From: Clostridia bacterium
GTDB lineage: Bacteria; Bacillota; Clostridia; Oscillospirales; CAG-272
Direction of reading: 5' to 3'
NCBI GenBank assembly: GCA_017407835.1
Contig: JAFQVV010000027.1
Location: 3,414-67,413, forward strand
Length of the DNA stretch: 64,000 bases
Of this stretch, positions 1-11,136 are shown in pieces. Position 1 is the first letter of the stretch. Each line of letters starts with the position of its first letter. Under the pieces are notes generated by a model. It was not told the DNA's origin and ran no database searches. It was given only the letters and a program-made list of their open reading frames with translations. The translations under genes were made by a program, and so were the position numbers.

Positions 1-2
1 CG

Positions 3-1673
3 GCCCAATTCCGACAGGATGGCCGATATACCGAGGCGTGGCGCATTGTGACGCGAACCGAGGAGATTTTGGCTGAGCTGACACGGCTGAAGGGGGAGCA
101 AAACCGCAGCGAAATGACGCTGATGCAGCTTCGTCCGTGGCGGGATTATGACCTTCCTCTTTCGTTGACGGCAACCGAACGGACAAATATCGTGTTGGGC
201 AGTTTTCCGCTTTCCGCTGATCCCGAATATTTGTGCGATTCGCTGGCCGGGGATGGTGCCTGCTGTGAGATAGTCAGCGCAGATTCCCGGATGCAGTATG
301 CGGTGCTGATCTATCATCGGGATGATGCGGACAAGCTCGGCGGGCGTTTGGCTGAGCTGGGATTTCTTCGTTCCCCGATCAAGGCTGAGGGGGCGTTGCC
401 GCGCGTTGAGTTGACAGCTGCTGCCCGTACACTGCGGTGGCTCATTGATGAGCAGAAGGTTCTGCAGGATGAGCTGATGGCTTTGGCACAAAAAACGCCG
501 ATGGTGGAAATTCTTTCGGATATCGAGCGAACAACGCTCACGGCAATTCGTACCCGTGGCGATCTGCTTTCCACGGCGAATTGCGTGATGCTTGTCGGTT
601 GGGTACCAGAGGGTGCCCGGCGGCGTGTGGAAGAGATGCTGGACAGCTTTTCCTGCGCCTATGCCCTCAGTGCGCCGGAGGAGGGGGAGGATGTCCCCAT
701 CCTTCTGCAGAATAATCGGTTTGCCGCCAATTTTGAGTGGGTGCTGGGGATGTATTCCTACCCCCGATACGGTGGATTTGACCCCACATTTGTGATGAGC
801 ATTTTCTATTTTCTGATTTTCGGTATTATGTTTGCCGATGTCGGATACGGCTTGCTTTTGGTGCTCGGTTGTTTTGGCGGCATTGCCCTCTTTAAGCCGG
901 GGCAGGGGATGAGACGTTTTCTTGCCATGTTTGGGCTGTGCGGTATTTCCAGTATTGTGTGGGGTATTGTGTTCGGCGCTTACTTTGGCGATCTGCCCCG
1001 CGTGTTTGCCGCCAATATGCTCGGCATTGCACTCCCTGAGCAGGCTGCGCTTTGGTTTGATCCTCTGCAGGATCCGATGTCCTTTCTCGTCTTCTCTCTG
1101 GCAGTCGGTGCCGTGCATCTGATCGCCGGCATGGCAGTACAGTTTTATCTGCTCTGCCATGCCGGAAAACCGCTTGATGCGCTGATGGACATCGGCAGCT
1201 GGTGGGTACTCTTCGCCGGTCTTGGCCTCCTTTTTGTTCGGCCGAAGCTTGGGGTTTGGATTGCCATCGGCGGCGTACTCTGTATTGTACTCACACAGGG
1301 ACGGGCGAAAAAAGGCATTGCCGGCAAGCTGTTCGGTGGTGTGGGCAAGCTGTATGATATCATCGGCTATATCTCGGATCTGCTGTCCTACTCGCGTATT
1401 CTTGCACTCGGTTTGGCGGCGGGGGTGATCGCGCAGGTTGTCAATATCCTCGGCACACTCAAAGGGGGCACCTTTGTGGGGTATCTGCTCTTTGTTCTTG
1501 TCTTCCTGATTGGACATCTGCTGAATCTGGCGATCAATGTGTTGGGGACTTTTGTGCATACCAGCCGCCTGCAGTATATCGAGTTTTTCAACAAATTCTA
1601 TGAGGATGGCGGACGTCCGTTCCGTCCCGCACTGCCGGTCGAGGAATATTCGGCATCGGATGAATCAAAGTAA
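3..1673 (+). CDS. ntpI: V-type ATPase subunit I (membrane a-type subunit), 5' end truncated by window edge
   Basis: The frame is open from nt 3 with no stop, so the GTG at 48 in the ORF track is probably internal. The C-terminal half is multi-TM and has the conserved LLSYSRILALGLA arginine helix. First gene of an I-K-E-C-F-A-B-D operon. Confidence 0.9.
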   Translation, partial: AQFRQDGRYTEAWRIVTRTEEILAELTRLKGEQNRSEMTLMQLRPWRDYDLPLSLTATERTNIVLGSFPLSADPEYLCDSLAGDGACCEIVSADSRMQYAVLIYHRDDADKLGGRLAELGFLRSPIKAEGALPRVELTAAARTLRWLIDEQKVLQDELMALAQKTPMVEILSDIERTTLTAIRTRGDLLSTANCVMLVGWVPEGARRRVEEMLDSFSCAYALSAPEEGEDVPILLQNNRFAANFEWVLGMYSYPRYGGFDPTFVMSIFYFLIFGIMFADVGYGLLLVLGCFGGIALFKPGQGMRRFLAMFGLCGISSIVWGIVFGAYFGDLPRVFAANMLGIALPEQAALWFDPLQDPMSFLVFSLAVGAVHLIAGMAVQFYLLCHAGKPLDALMDIGSWWVLFAGLGLLFVRPKLGVWIAIGGVLCIVLTQGRAKKGIAGKLFGGVGKLYDIIGYISDLLSYSRILALGLAAGVIAQVVNILGTLKGGTFVGYLLFVLVFLIGHLLNLAINVLGTFVHTSRLQYIEFFNKFYEDGGRPFRPALPVEEYSASDESK

Positions 1674-1726
1674 ATCGGCGCGTTCTGTATGTGCCGCCGA
1701 GATGATCAAAGAAATTATAGGATTAA

Positions 1727-2236
<510 letters not shown>

Positions 2237-2278
2237 TCATGATCCCGTGCGGGAATCCAAAGGAATCGAGGAATACCG

Positions 2279-2944
2279 ATGAACGGCGTCGATAAAATTA
2301 CCGAAAAAATTCTCTCGGAGGCGAGGGAAGCAGAGAAAGCGGCACTTGCCAATGCGCAAAAAAGAGCCGAGGAGATCTTGGCTGTGGCTGAAGCGGAAGC
2401 GGATGCCATTCGCAATCGTATCGCCGATGCTGCGGCAAGGGAAGGGGAGGAGATTGTTTCCCGTGCCAAGGCTGCGGCTTCGATGCATCGCAGACGTGCT
2501 GAGCTGGCTTTGCGTGCAGAACTGATTGATGAAGTGTTCGATGAGGCATTTGCCGCCATTTCGGCGCTCCCCCGTGAGGAATATCGACAGTTGCTCTGCC
2601 AACTGCTCTGCGATGCGCTCAGCGATCATCTGGAATCGCTGGCGCAGAGTGTCTCGCTTCACGGTGATGAGGTCGAGATGCCCGCCTTTTATGAAATTCA
2701 GCTCAATGCAGACGACCACCGTGCAATTGGCAAGGCACTGCTTGCCGATGCCCGTCGTGCATTGAAGGGACGTGCGGCGCGGTCGGAGCTGGACAAGCTG
2801 ACTTTATCCGCACAGACGGTGCCTATCTCGGGCGGACTTATCCTGCAGTGCGGAGATGTTTGCTGCAACTGTTCGCTGGAAACCTTATTTGCCCGTGCGC
2901 GTGTTGAGCATGAGGCAGATGTGGCAAATCTGCTCTTTGGTTGA
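2279..2944 (+). CDS. ntpE: V-type ATPase subunit E (peripheral stalk)
   Basis: 221 aa. Long charged A/E/K/R-rich N-terminal helix followed by a globular C-terminus. Position in the operon fits. Confidence 0.85.
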   Translation: MNGVDKITEKILSEAREAEKAALANAQKRAEEILAVAEAEADAIRNRIADAAAREGEEIVSRAKAAASMHRRRAELALRAELIDEVFDEAFAAISALPREEYRQLLCQLLCDALSDHLESLAQSVSLHGDEVEMPAFYEIQLNADDHRAIGKALLADARRALKGRAARSELDKLTLSAQTVPISGGLILQCGDVCCNCSLETLFARARVEHEADVANLLFG

Positions 2945-2952
2945 GGTGTACG

Positions 2953-3933
2953 ATGGGAATAAAATCAAGCGATTACCTCTATGCAACAGCGCGTATTCGT
3001 GCGATGGAGTCGACACGCATTAATCGAGAAAAATGCGAGCGTATGTTAGAAGCCAAAACGGCCGCTGAGGCAATGGCGCAGATCGGATTTGCGGAAGGCG
3101 GGATTCCCGCCGCACGGGAAGCGTGGTTTTCCGCTCGGCTCGGCGAAGCTTATTCCGGTGTGCTCGAGATGATGCCTTCCGCCGATGCCATTCGTTTTTT
3201 GCAGTATCCCTATGATTGTACCAATCTCAAAACGGCAATCAAATGCCATGTACGACGGATAGCCTGTACAGATATGCTCATCTCTTTCGCTTCTCTGCCG
3301 ATTGAACAGTATCCCCGTATGGTTGATAGCAGGGACTTTGGTGGGATGCCGGAACATATGGCCGCCGCTGCATCCGAGGCAATTGAGGCATATACCCGCA
3401 CAGCTGATCCCCAGCAGATTGATTTGATCCTTGATCGCGCTTGCTTTGCGGATATGTGTGCCGATGCCGATTGCGCTTTCTCGCAGATGCTGATTCGGGC
3501 AAAAATTGATCTGACCAATCTAATGACTTTTTTGCGTGTACTTCGCATGGGATTGACCGCTGCCAATCGTGCGATGTTGGAGGGCGCATTGCTTGAGGGT
3601 GGGGAGATCTTGCCCGGGGTTTTCCTTTCTGCCATGGCGGGAGGGGAGAGCAGGCTTGCCGAGCATCTTGGCGGATCAATTTGCGCCGAGGTGCTCGAGG
3701 AGTTTGATTCGTCTCAGCGAAATGAGCTGCCTGCCCTCGCGGAACTTGAGCGTGCTTGTGACGACGCATGGCTTGCCCGTGTACGAGGGGCAAAATATAT
3801 TGCGTTCGGTGCGGAGATTCCTGTGAGTTATTTGATTGAATGGGAATATGCCGTCAAAAATATGCGTATTATCTGCGCCGGTAAGGACGCAGGTCTGGAC
3901 AATGATACCATCCGCGCGCGTCTGCGCAGCTGA
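2953..3933 (+). CDS. ntpC: V-type ATPase subunit C (d-type)
   Basis: About 326 aa helical protein between E and F. ATG at 2953 follows GAGGTG; the track start at 2941 is a TTG alternative. Confidence 0.85.
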   Translation: MGIKSSDYLYATARIRAMESTRINREKCERMLEAKTAAEAMAQIGFAEGGIPAAREAWFSARLGEAYSGVLEMMPSADAIRFLQYPYDCTNLKTAIKCHVRRIACTDMLISFASLPIEQYPRMVDSRDFGGMPEHMAAAASEAIEAYTRTADPQQIDLILDRACFADMCADADCAFSQMLIRAKIDLTNLMTFLRVLRMGLTAANRAMLEGALLEGGEILPGVFLSAMAGGESRLAEHLGGSICAEVLEEFDSSQRNELPALAELERACDDAWLARVRGAKYIAFGAEIPVSYLIEWEYAVKNMRIICAGKDAGLDNDTIRARLRS

Positions 3934-3953
3934 TGGCGCAGGGAGGCAGAAGA

Positions 3954-4274
3954 ATGCACAAAATTGCGATGATCGGTGATCGGGACAGTGTGCTTGGGTT
4001 TATGGCACTTGGTTTTGCCGTGTATGAGGCGATCGATGCCGATGCTGCAGCGACACTGCTGCATACCCTCGCCCGCGATCCGGACAATGCCGTGATTTTT
4101 ATCAGCGAGCAGTATGCCGCGCAAATTGAGGCGGATATGGCACGCTACAAAGACACCCCTCTGCCTGCGATTGTGACCATTCCCGGGGCGAACGGCGCGA
4201 CGGGCTACGGTATGCGTGCCATTAAAAGTGCGGTGGAGCGTGCCGTTGGTGCGGATATTTTGTTCAAGGAATGA
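3954..4274 (+). CDS. ntpF: V-type ATPase subunit F
   Basis: N-terminus MHKIAMIGDRDSVLGF is typical of subunit F. GGGAGG lies 7 nt upstream of the ATG at 3954; the ATG at 3933 overlapping the ntpC stop is an alternative. Confidence 0.88.
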   Translation: MHKIAMIGDRDSVLGFMALGFAVYEAIDADAAATLLHTLARDPDNAVIFISEQYAAQIEADMARYKDTPLPAIVTIPGANGATGYGMRAIKSAVERAVGADILFKE

Positions 4275-4318
4275 CGGGTGTCGCTGGGACACACGGTTGA
4301 AAGAAAGGTCAAACGGTT

Positions 4319-6094
4319 ATGATAGAAGGAAAAATCTTAAAGGTCTCGGGGCCGCTGGTGATTGCCGAAGGTATGCGCCATGCCAATATGTTTGACGTGG
4401 TGCGGGTGGGGGAAAAACGACTGATCGGTGAGATCATTGAGATGCACGGTGACCGCGCATCGATTCAGGTTTATGAGGAAACGGCAGGAATCGGCCGCGG
4501 AGATATCGTTGTTTCGACTGAGGCACCGTTGTCGGTTGAGCTTGGCCCCGGGCTGATTACCAATATCTATGACGGAATCCAGCGCCCGCTTGAGGCGATG
4601 CGGATGGTTTCAGGTGCCAATATTACCAAAGGCATTGATGTGCCCGCGCTTGACCGTGATCGCGTATGGCATTTCACCGCAACGGCCGAGAAGGGGGCAA
4701 AGCTTTCTGCGGGAGATGTAGTGGGATATGTGGAGGAGACCGATGTAATTCGTCACAAAATCATGCTTCCGCCCAAATCAGGGGGGATATTGACGGAGAT
4801 TCGATCGGGCGATTTCCATGTAACCGATACCATTGGCCGTGTGCGGTTGGATAATGGCGATATCCTGTGCTTGTCACTGATGCAGAAGTGGCCTGTTCGT
4901 GTGGCACGCCCCTATGCCGAAAAGCTGCCCCCCGTTGAGCCGATGATCACGGGCCAGCGTGTCATTGATGCACTCTTCCCGATTGCCAAAGGCGGAACGG
5001 CATGTGTGCCCGGTCCTTTCGGTTCGGGGAAGACGGTTGTGCAGCATCAGTTGGCGAAATGGTCAGATGTGGACCTGGTGGTCTATATCGGCTGCGGTGA
5101 GCGAGGCAATGAAATGACAGATGTTCTGCGCGAGTTCCCCGAGCTACGCGATCCGCGCACAGATAAGTCGCTGATGGAGCGAACCGTGTTGATTGCCAAT
5201 ACCTCCGATATGCCGGTTGCCGCCCGTGAGGCATCGATCTATACGGGTATTACCATTGCCGAGTACTACCGCGATATGGGCTATTCGGTTGCGGTGATCG
5301 CCGATTCGACCTCGCGTTGGGCGGAAGCACTGCGCGAGATGTCGGGACGCCTGGAGGAAATGCCGGGCGAGGAGGGATATCCCGCTTACCTGACCTCACG
5401 TCTGGCGCAGTTCTATGAGCGGGCGGGCAAGGTGATCTGCCTGGGTTCCGACCGCCGACAAGGCGCGTTATCCGCCATCGGTGCCGTCTCACCGCAGGGC
5501 GGTGATATTTCGGAGCCGGTGACGCAGGCGACCTTGCGTATCGTTAAGGTTTTCTGGGGGCTTGATGCACAGCTTGCCTATCGCCGTCATTTCCCCGCGA
5601 TCAACTGGCTCAACTCCTATTCGCTCTACCGGGACCGTCTCTCTCCCTGGTTTTCAGAGAAGATTGCAAAGGATTGGATGGAGCTGACGGGACGCTGCAT
5701 GAAACTGCTGCAGATCGAGAGCGAACTTGAGGAAGTTGTGAAGCTGGTCGGCGTGGATGCACTGTCGGCCGAGGACAGACTGACGCTGGAAGCGGCGCGT
5801 TCTCTGCGTGAAGATTTTCTGCAGCAGAATGCCTTTGAGGGCGATGACAGCTACACGCAGCTGGATAAACAGTATGCGCTGATGTCACTGGTGTTTGATT
5901 TCTATGAACAGGCACGCCGGGCTGTCGCAGAGGGGGCTGATGTACAAAAGGTAAGTGATTTGCCCGTGCGCGAGCGGATCGGTCGTGCAAAATCTATCCC
6001 CTATGCCGAGTATGCCCATGAATATGCGGCAATTCGCCGTGCCGTGGGGGAACAACTTCAGACGCTGATTTCTGCCGCACAGGCAGAGATGTAA
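4319..6094 (+). CDS. ntpA: V-type ATPase catalytic subunit A
   Basis: 591 aa. Walker [10 protein letters not shown]. Strong overall A-subunit pattern, including the non-homologous insert region. Confidence 0.97.
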   Translation: MIEGKILKVSGPLVIAEGMRHANMFDVVRVGEKRLIGEIIEMHGDRASIQVYEETAGIGRGDIVVSTEAPLSVELGPGLITNIYDGIQRPLEAMRMVSGANITKGIDVPALDRDRVWHFTATAEKGAKLSAGDVVGYVEETDVIRHKIMLPPKSGGILTEIRSGDFHVTDTIGRVRLDNGDILCLSLMQKWPVRVARPYAEKLPPVEPMITGQRVIDALFPIAKGGTACVPGPFGSGKTVVQHQLAKWSDVDLVVYIGCGERGNEMTDVLREFPELRDPRTDKSLMERTVLIANTSDMPVAAREASIYTGITIAEYYRDMGYSVAVIADSTSRWAEALREMSGRLEEMPGEEGYPAYLTSRLAQFYERAGKVICLGSDRRQGALSAIGAVSPQGGDISEPVTQATLRIVKVFWGLDAQLAYRRHFPAINWLNSYSLYRDRLSPWFSEKIAKDWMELTGRCMKLLQIESELEEVVKLVGVDALSAEDRLTLEAARSLREDFLQQNAFEGDDSYTQLDKQYALMSLVFDFYEQARRAVAEGADVQKVSDLPVRERIGRAKSIPYAEYAHEYAAIRRAVGEQLQTLISAAQAEM

Positions 6095-6106
6095 TGAGGG
6101 AAAACA

Positions 6107-7480
6107 ATGATTAAAGAGTATAAAACAATCGAAGAAGTTGCGGGTCCGCTGATGCTGGTGCGTCAGGTGGACGGTGTCAAATACGATGAATTGGGCGAGA
6201 TCGAGTTGCCCAACGGCGATGTCCGCCGCTGTCGTGTGTTGGAAGTCAACGGCAGAAATGTATTGGTACAACTCTTTGAAAGCTCTGCCGGAATCAATCT
6301 TGCCCAGAGCAAAGTGCGCTTTTCTGGACACGGTGTTGAGCTGCCCGCCTCCCCCGATATGCTGGGGCGTGTGTTCAACGGTATGGGTGAGTGCATTGAC
6401 GGCGGCGTGCGCATTATTCCCGAAAAATCCCTCGATATCAACGGAACGCCCATCAATCCTGCCGCCCGTTATTATCCCTCCGAGTTTATTCAGACCGGTA
6501 TCTCTACCATCGATGGGCTGAATACCCTTGTCCGCGGACAGAAGCTGCCCATCTTCTCGGGATCGGGGTTGCCCCATGCTGATCTGGCGGCACAAATTGC
6601 ACGTCAGGCAAAGGTTCGGGGGAGCGACAGTAAGTTTGCTGTTGTGTTTGCCGCCGTCGGCATTACCTTTGAGGAGGCAGATTTTTTTATCTCGGATTTC
6701 AAGAAAACAGGTGCCATCGATCGTACGGTGCTGTTCATCAATCTTGCCTCAGATCCTGCCATCGAGCGGATCTCCACCCCCCGCATGGCGCTGACGGCGG
6801 CAGAATATCTGGCGTTTGAATGCGATATGCATGTACTCGTGATCATCACCGATATTACCAATTATGCCGAGGCGCTGCGTGAGGTTTCAGCGGCGCGCAA
6901 GGAGGTGCCGGGACGCCGCGGATATCCAGGTTATCTCTATACCGACCTTGCTACCCTGTATGAGCGCGCGGGCAGAAAAATGGGCAGTGAGGGCTCGATT
7001 ACCATGATCCCCATCCTGACCATGCCCGAGGATGATAAGACCCATCCCATTCCCGACCTGACGGGCTATATCACCGAAGGGCAGATCATCCTCTCGCGGG
7101 AAATGTATCGCAAGGGGTATATGCCTCCCGTGGATGTTTTGCCTTCGCTCTCCCGTCTCAAGGATAAGGGAATCGGGGCAGGGAAGACCCGTGAGGATCA
7201 TGCAGGCACGATGAATCAGCTCTTCTCGGGCTATGCCCGCGGCCGTGAAGCCAAGGAGCTGATGGTGGTGCTCGGGGAGGCGGCGCTCTCTCCCATGGAT
7301 CGGCTTTATGCGCGGTTTGCAGATGCCTTTGAGGCCGAGTATATCAACCAGAGCTTTTATGAAAACCGTACCATTGAAGAAACCCTGGATTTGGGCTGGC
7401 GCTTGCTGTCCATTCTGCCCAAGAGTGAGATGAAGCGCATTAAACCCGAGTTGATCGAAAAATATTGGCCGAGAGACTGA
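6107..7480 (+). CDS. ntpB: V-type ATPase subunit B
   Basis: 457 aa with typical B-subunit sequence ([19 protein letters not shown]). Follows A. Confidence 0.97.
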   Translation: MIKEYKTIEEVAGPLMLVRQVDGVKYDELGEIELPNGDVRRCRVLEVNGRNVLVQLFESSAGINLAQSKVRFSGHGVELPASPDMLGRVFNGMGECIDGGVRIIPEKSLDINGTPINPAARYYPSEFIQTGISTIDGLNTLVRGQKLPIFSGSGLPHADLAAQIARQAKVRGSDSKFAVVFAAVGITFEEADFFISDFKKTGAIDRTVLFINLASDPAIERISTPRMALTAAEYLAFECDMHVLVIITDITNYAEALREVSAARKEVPGRRGYPGYLYTDLATLYERAGRKMGSEGSITMIPILTMPEDDKTHPIPDLTGYITEGQIILSREMYRKGYMPPVDVLPSLSRLKDKGIGAGKTREDHAGTMNQLFSGYARGREAKELMVVLGEAALSPMDRLYARFADAFEAEYINQSFYENRTIEETLDLGWRLLSILPKSEMKRIKPELIEKYWPRD

Positions 7481-7493
7481 GAGGTGAGAGCAT

Positions 7494-8171
7494 ATGGCGG
7501 AAATTCGGGTAAATCCTACCCGCATGGAGCTGAAAAAGCTGAAAACCCGCTATGCAACCGCCCGCCGCGGGCACAAATTGCTCAAGGACAAACGCGACGA
7601 GCTGATGAAGCAGTTTCTGGCCATTGTCCGCGCCGATAAAGAACTGCGCGAGAAGATCGAGGCGGGGCTTTCCCGTGCCTACGGAAGCTTTTCAGTGGCA
7701 GCGGCAGTCAGCAGTCCCGCGATGCTGGAGGAAGCGATGATCCTTCCGCGCCGTCAGGGCGAGCTGACAGTCGGATACCGTGACATGATGAGCGTGCGGG
7801 TGCCGACTTTTTCGGTGAAGATGGTTGGTGCCCGGGGGGGATACATCTATGGTTTTGCTTTCACATCGGGCGAACTTGATGGTGCTTTGCATGAACTGGG
7901 CGAGATGACAGAGGATTTGATTCGTTTGGCTGAACTTGAGAAAACGGCACAGCTGCTGGCAGAGGAAATCGAACGAACACGCCGCCGTGTCAATGCCCTT
8001 GAATATATCATGATGCCCCAACTGCAGGAGGGCATCAAACGCATCACCATGAAGCTTGACGAAAATGAGCGCGGCAATCTCACGCGGCTGATGAAGGTCA
8101 AGGATATGATGCTGGCGGCAGGCAGGGATATGGCGCAGGCTGAGGAGGATGAAGAGAAAGAAGCGGAATAG
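7494..8171 (+). CDS. ntpD: V-type ATPase subunit D (central stalk)
   Basis: 225 aa. N-terminus NPTRMELKKLKTRYATARRGHKLLKDKRDEL is diagnostic of subunit D. Confidence 0.93.
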   Translation: MAEIRVNPTRMELKKLKTRYATARRGHKLLKDKRDELMKQFLAIVRADKELREKIEAGLSRAYGSFSVAAAVSSPAMLEEAMILPRRQGELTVGYRDMMSVRVPTFSVKMVGARGGYIYGFAFTSGELDGALHELGEMTEDLIRLAELEKTAQLLAEEIERTRRRVNALEYIMMPQLQEGIKRITMKLDENERGNLTRLMKVKDMMLAAGRDMAQAEEDEEKEAE

Positions 8172-8221
8172 GGGTTTATTGTGTTTCTCTTCCAGGCATA
8201 GTAAGTGATATTTACCGTTGG

Positions 8222-8245
8222 GAGGACATGTGTCAGCATGTCCTC
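8222..8245 (+). terminator. Hairpin after the V-ATPase operon (9-bp stem GAGGACATG/CATGTCCTC, no U-tract)
   Basis: Perfect inverted repeat read directly, located 50 nt after the ntpD stop. There is no T-run, so termination efficiency is uncertain. Confidence 0.35.
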
Positions 8246-8269
8246 ACGACGGTATGCTTGAGATGTCTG

Positions 8270-8298
8270 TTGACTTTTGTTTTTTGCGATGGTATAAT
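8270..8298 (+). promoter_or_regulatory. Sigma-70-type promoter TTGACT-17-TATAAT for the MBOAT/DHHW pair
   Basis: Hexamers and 17-nt spacer read directly; TGG lies just upstream of the -10. Confidence 0.7.
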
Positions 8299-8392
8299 AT
8301 TACCAATACACCGTGGAGGAAAAAACTCTTTCGTGTGCGGTATATCCGTATGCCATGCAGTTTCGCATTGCCTGCGGAGGAAAGGATATCCT

Positions 8393-9790
8393 ATGGTCTT
8401 TTCAAGTCTTCTTTTTTTAGGACTTTTTTTGCCATTGCTGCTTGCTTTGTATTATTTGGGCCCCAAGCAGGTTACATACCGAAATTGGATATTGCTCATC
8501 GCTTCTTTGCTGTTTTATGCGTGGGGCGAGCCTGTGCGTATCCTGCTTTTGCTCTTGGGGGCGTTTGTCGGCTATCTCGGCGGAATATGGATTGAGCGGT
8601 ACCGCGGAACGAAGTGGGCAAAGGCCGGCTTGATTTTCGCCTTGGTGGTGGATATCGGTCTGCTTGTTCTTTTCAAGTATGCAGGATTTTTCGTCTCGAA
8701 TGTCAATGCCCTGTTTGGAAGTTCCATTGACTTTGCAGGCTTTGCTCTGCCTCTGGGAATATCCTTCTATACCTTCCAGATTCTTTCGTATGTGATTGAT
8801 GTCTATCGTGGAGAAACGGTGGGCCAGAGATCCTTTTCCAAGCTGCTTTTGTATGTTTCGCTTTTCCCGCAGCTGGTTGCGGGACCGATTGTTCGGTATG
8901 TGGACGTTGAGACGCAGATTGCCGAGCGTTCGGTGAGCCGCGAGAATTTTTCCTGCGGTGCGGTTCGGTTTACTCAGGGCTTGGTGAAGAAGGTGATCTT
9001 TGCCAACTTTGCCGGCAATGTTGTCGATTCACTGATCGGTGCTGACATGGGCAGACTCTCCGCTATGGGTGCGTGGCTGGGAATTCTGATGTTTGCTTTT
9101 CAGATTTATTTTGACTTTTCTGGTTATTCCGATATGGCAATCGGTCTGGGGCACTTCTTCGGTTTTACCTTTCTTGAAAATTTCGATTATCCCTACATTT
9201 CCAAAAGCGTCACCGAGTTCTGGCGGCGCTGGCATATGTCGCTTGGCACCTTCTTCAGAGACTATGTGTATATCCCCCTTGGGGGAAATCGGCGGCATCA
9301 GCTCTTCAATATCGCTGTGGTTTGGTTTTTGACCGGTTTTTGGCACGGTGCCAGTTGGAACTTTATCTTTTGGGGGCTGTATTACGGTGCTTTTCTTATC
9401 TTTGAGAAAAAGGTCATTTTCCGGTTTGCCGACAAGATTCCCTCGCTTTTCCGCCATCTTTATACTCTGCTTGTGGTGCTGGGGGGATGGGTGCTCTTCT
9501 ATTTCACCGATCTTGCCAGTCTGAAGTCCTTTGCCATTGCGGCGCTTGGACGAAATTTGGACGGCAACAACCTGCTTGCCTTCAATGCACTGACTTCCAA
9601 TTTGTGGCTGATCATTGCCATGGCACTTTTCTCCACCCCCCTGCTGCGTATTCTCCTGCGTCGGCTGCGCGAAAAAATGCCGCGAGTATACGGTGTGGTT
9701 CTGCCCGTTGGTACATTGATCGGTCTGTGGGCTTGCTTTATTCTGCTGATTTCGCAGTCCTATAATCCGTTCCTGTATTTCCGTTTTTGA
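8393..9790 (+). CDS. MBOAT-family membrane O-acyltransferase (AlgI/DltB/PatA-like)
   Basis: Multi-TM protein with the MBOAT histidine motif FWRRWHMSLGTFFRDYVYIPLGGNRR. The ATG at 8393 is preceded by GGAGGAAAGG; the 55-aa N-terminal extension in the ORF track runs across the promoter and is rejected. Confidence 0.9.
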   Translation: MVFSSLLFLGLFLPLLLALYYLGPKQVTYRNWILLIASLLFYAWGEPVRILLLLLGAFVGYLGGIWIERYRGTKWAKAGLIFALVVDIGLLVLFKYAGFFVSNVNALFGSSIDFAGFALPLGISFYTFQILSYVIDVYRGETVGQRSFSKLLLYVSLFPQLVAGPIVRYVDVETQIAERSVSRENFSCGAVRFTQGLVKKVIFANFAGNVVDSLIGADMGRLSAMGAWLGILMFAFQIYFDFSGYSDMAIGLGHFFGFTFLENFDYPYISKSVTEFWRRWHMSLGTFFRDYVYIPLGGNRRHQLFNIAVVWFLTGFWHGASWNFIFWGLYYGAFLIFEKKVIFRFADKIPSLFRHLYTLLVVLGGWVLFYFTDLASLKSFAIAALGRNLDGNNLLAFNALTSNLWLIIAMALFSTPLLRILLRRLREKMPRVYGVVLPVGTLIGLWACFILLISQSYNPFLYFRF

Positions 9791-9802
9791 GGAGGTGGAT
9801 CA

Positions 9803-10966
9803 ATGTACAAAAAAATTACTGCAGGTGCATTTGTCCTCAGCTTGATCCTGTTTTTTGTGCTGGTTTTCCTCTGCCCGACCGATGAGAGGGCATCTGTGCA
9901 GGAAAACCGACCGCTCAAGGAGATGCCTGCATTGACGCTGACCACCTTGTTTTCGGGGGAGTTCGGCGAAGAGTTTGAGGAATATTTGTCGGATAATGTC
10001 GGATACCGTTCGCGCTTCACTGCGCTTGGGGCAAAAATTGAGAAATTGCGCGGAATTGTCTCAAATCAGGACGGACAGATTATTGATTTGGCAAACGGAA
10101 CTCAGCTGGCCCTGCACGATGGCAAAATTATGGAAATCTTTCGGCAAAATTCCAGTGTGCAGACAGCGTATACTGCAGTTCTGAACAGTTATGCCGATAT
10201 CCTGCCGGCGGACACCAATATGTATTTGATGTTGGTTCCCACGCAGATTGAGTTTGATCAATCTTCCTACAGAACAGTCTCGGACAGCCAAAAGGAGACG
10301 ATTGATTCGATCTACGGGGCGCTGTCGGGCATTGCCTGTGTGAATGTGTATGATCGGCTGGCGGCCAATTCTGATGCATATATCTACTTCCGCACTGATC
10401 ATCACTGGACGCAGCGGGGGGCTTACCTGGGCTATGCGGCGTTGATGGAGGCTGTCGGTGAGCAGGCAATCCCTCTTTCTTCCATGGCGGCAGATCGGCG
10501 CGGCGGATTCCTCGGCTATCTTTACAACCAGGCAAACGTGTCAGAATATGCAAAATTTGTCGATGAGATTGAGTTTTTCTGCCCCGGTGAGAATTACGCA
10601 GTCCGGGCGCGTGCACTGGAAAACGGTGAGTTTGTAGATTATACGGCAAAACTCTACTCTGTTCCCGCCGAAGGCGCGCCAACCGTATATGCATTGTTTA
10701 TGGGGGGCGACCATGCCTTTGCCGAGATCAATACCGCAGTGGGGAATGGCAAAACGGCATTGGTGCTCAAAGATTCTTACGCCAATGCCCTGATTCCGCT
10801 GCTGACAAGCCATTATGAGACGATTCTCGTGCTTGATCCGCGCAGTTACTACGGGACGGTGAGTGATCTGCTTGCCGAACGCCGAATTGACGATATTTTT
10901 GTGATCAACTATACCATGACCACGACCTTCTCGGATTTTGTTGCTAATCTGGAGAGAATTCGGTGA
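9803..10966 (+). CDS. DHHW-family protein (AlgX/AlgJ/PatB-like SGNH-type partner of MBOAT)
   Basis: N-terminal signal anchor. Contains the literal motif FRTDHHWTQRGAY. Starts 12 nt after the MBOAT gene. Confidence 0.85.
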   Translation: MYKKITAGAFVLSLILFFVLVFLCPTDERASVQENRPLKEMPALTLTTLFSGEFGEEFEEYLSDNVGYRSRFTALGAKIEKLRGIVSNQDGQIIDLANGTQLALHDGKIMEIFRQNSSVQTAYTAVLNSYADILPADTNMYLMLVPTQIEFDQSSYRTVSDSQKETIDSIYGALSGIACVNVYDRLAANSDAYIYFRTDHHWTQRGAYLGYAALMEAVGEQAIPLSSMAADRRGGFLGYLYNQANVSEYAKFVDEIEFFCPGENYAVRARALENGEFVDYTAKLYSVPAEGAPTVYALFMGGDHAFAEINTAVGNGKTALVLKDSYANALIPLLTSHYETILVLDPRSYYGTVSDLLAERRIDDIFVINYTMTTTFSDFVANLERIR

Positions 10967-10972
10967 GTCGGA

Positions 10973-11015
10973 ACACAGATGGGTATGCCGTGCGGCATAC
11001 CCATCTGTGCCGTTT
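10973..11015 (+). terminator. Rho-independent terminator (17-bp perfect stem CACAGATGGGTATGCCG/CGGCATACCCATCTGTG)
   Basis: Inverted repeat followed by CCGTTTT, 7 nt after the DHHW stop. Confidence 0.8.
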
Positions 11016-11057
11016 TGTCGGAAACTGCCGCAAAATGAAAAAGGCGGCAAGTTTGCC

Positions 11058-11086
11058 TTGACAATGCCGAATTTTTGCGCTATAAT
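11058..11086 (+). promoter_or_regulatory. Consensus promoter TTGACA-17-TATAAT for transketolase genes
   Basis: Read directly. Confidence 0.75.
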
Positions 11087-11136
11087 AAAGTGTGAATAAT
11101 TTTCGGCTATGGCCGGATCAAAACAGGAGGATATTC

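Noticed and set aside
8228-8392. N-terminal extensions of track ORFs: MBOAT here, and likewise at 11092, 13073, 14490, 16241, 20859-22238, 22196-22705, 30825, 39834, 40550, 51113 and 62923
   Set aside because: These extensions run across promoters, terminators or the upstream gene. Internal ATGs with AGGAGG-type RBSs and family-typical N-termini were preferred.
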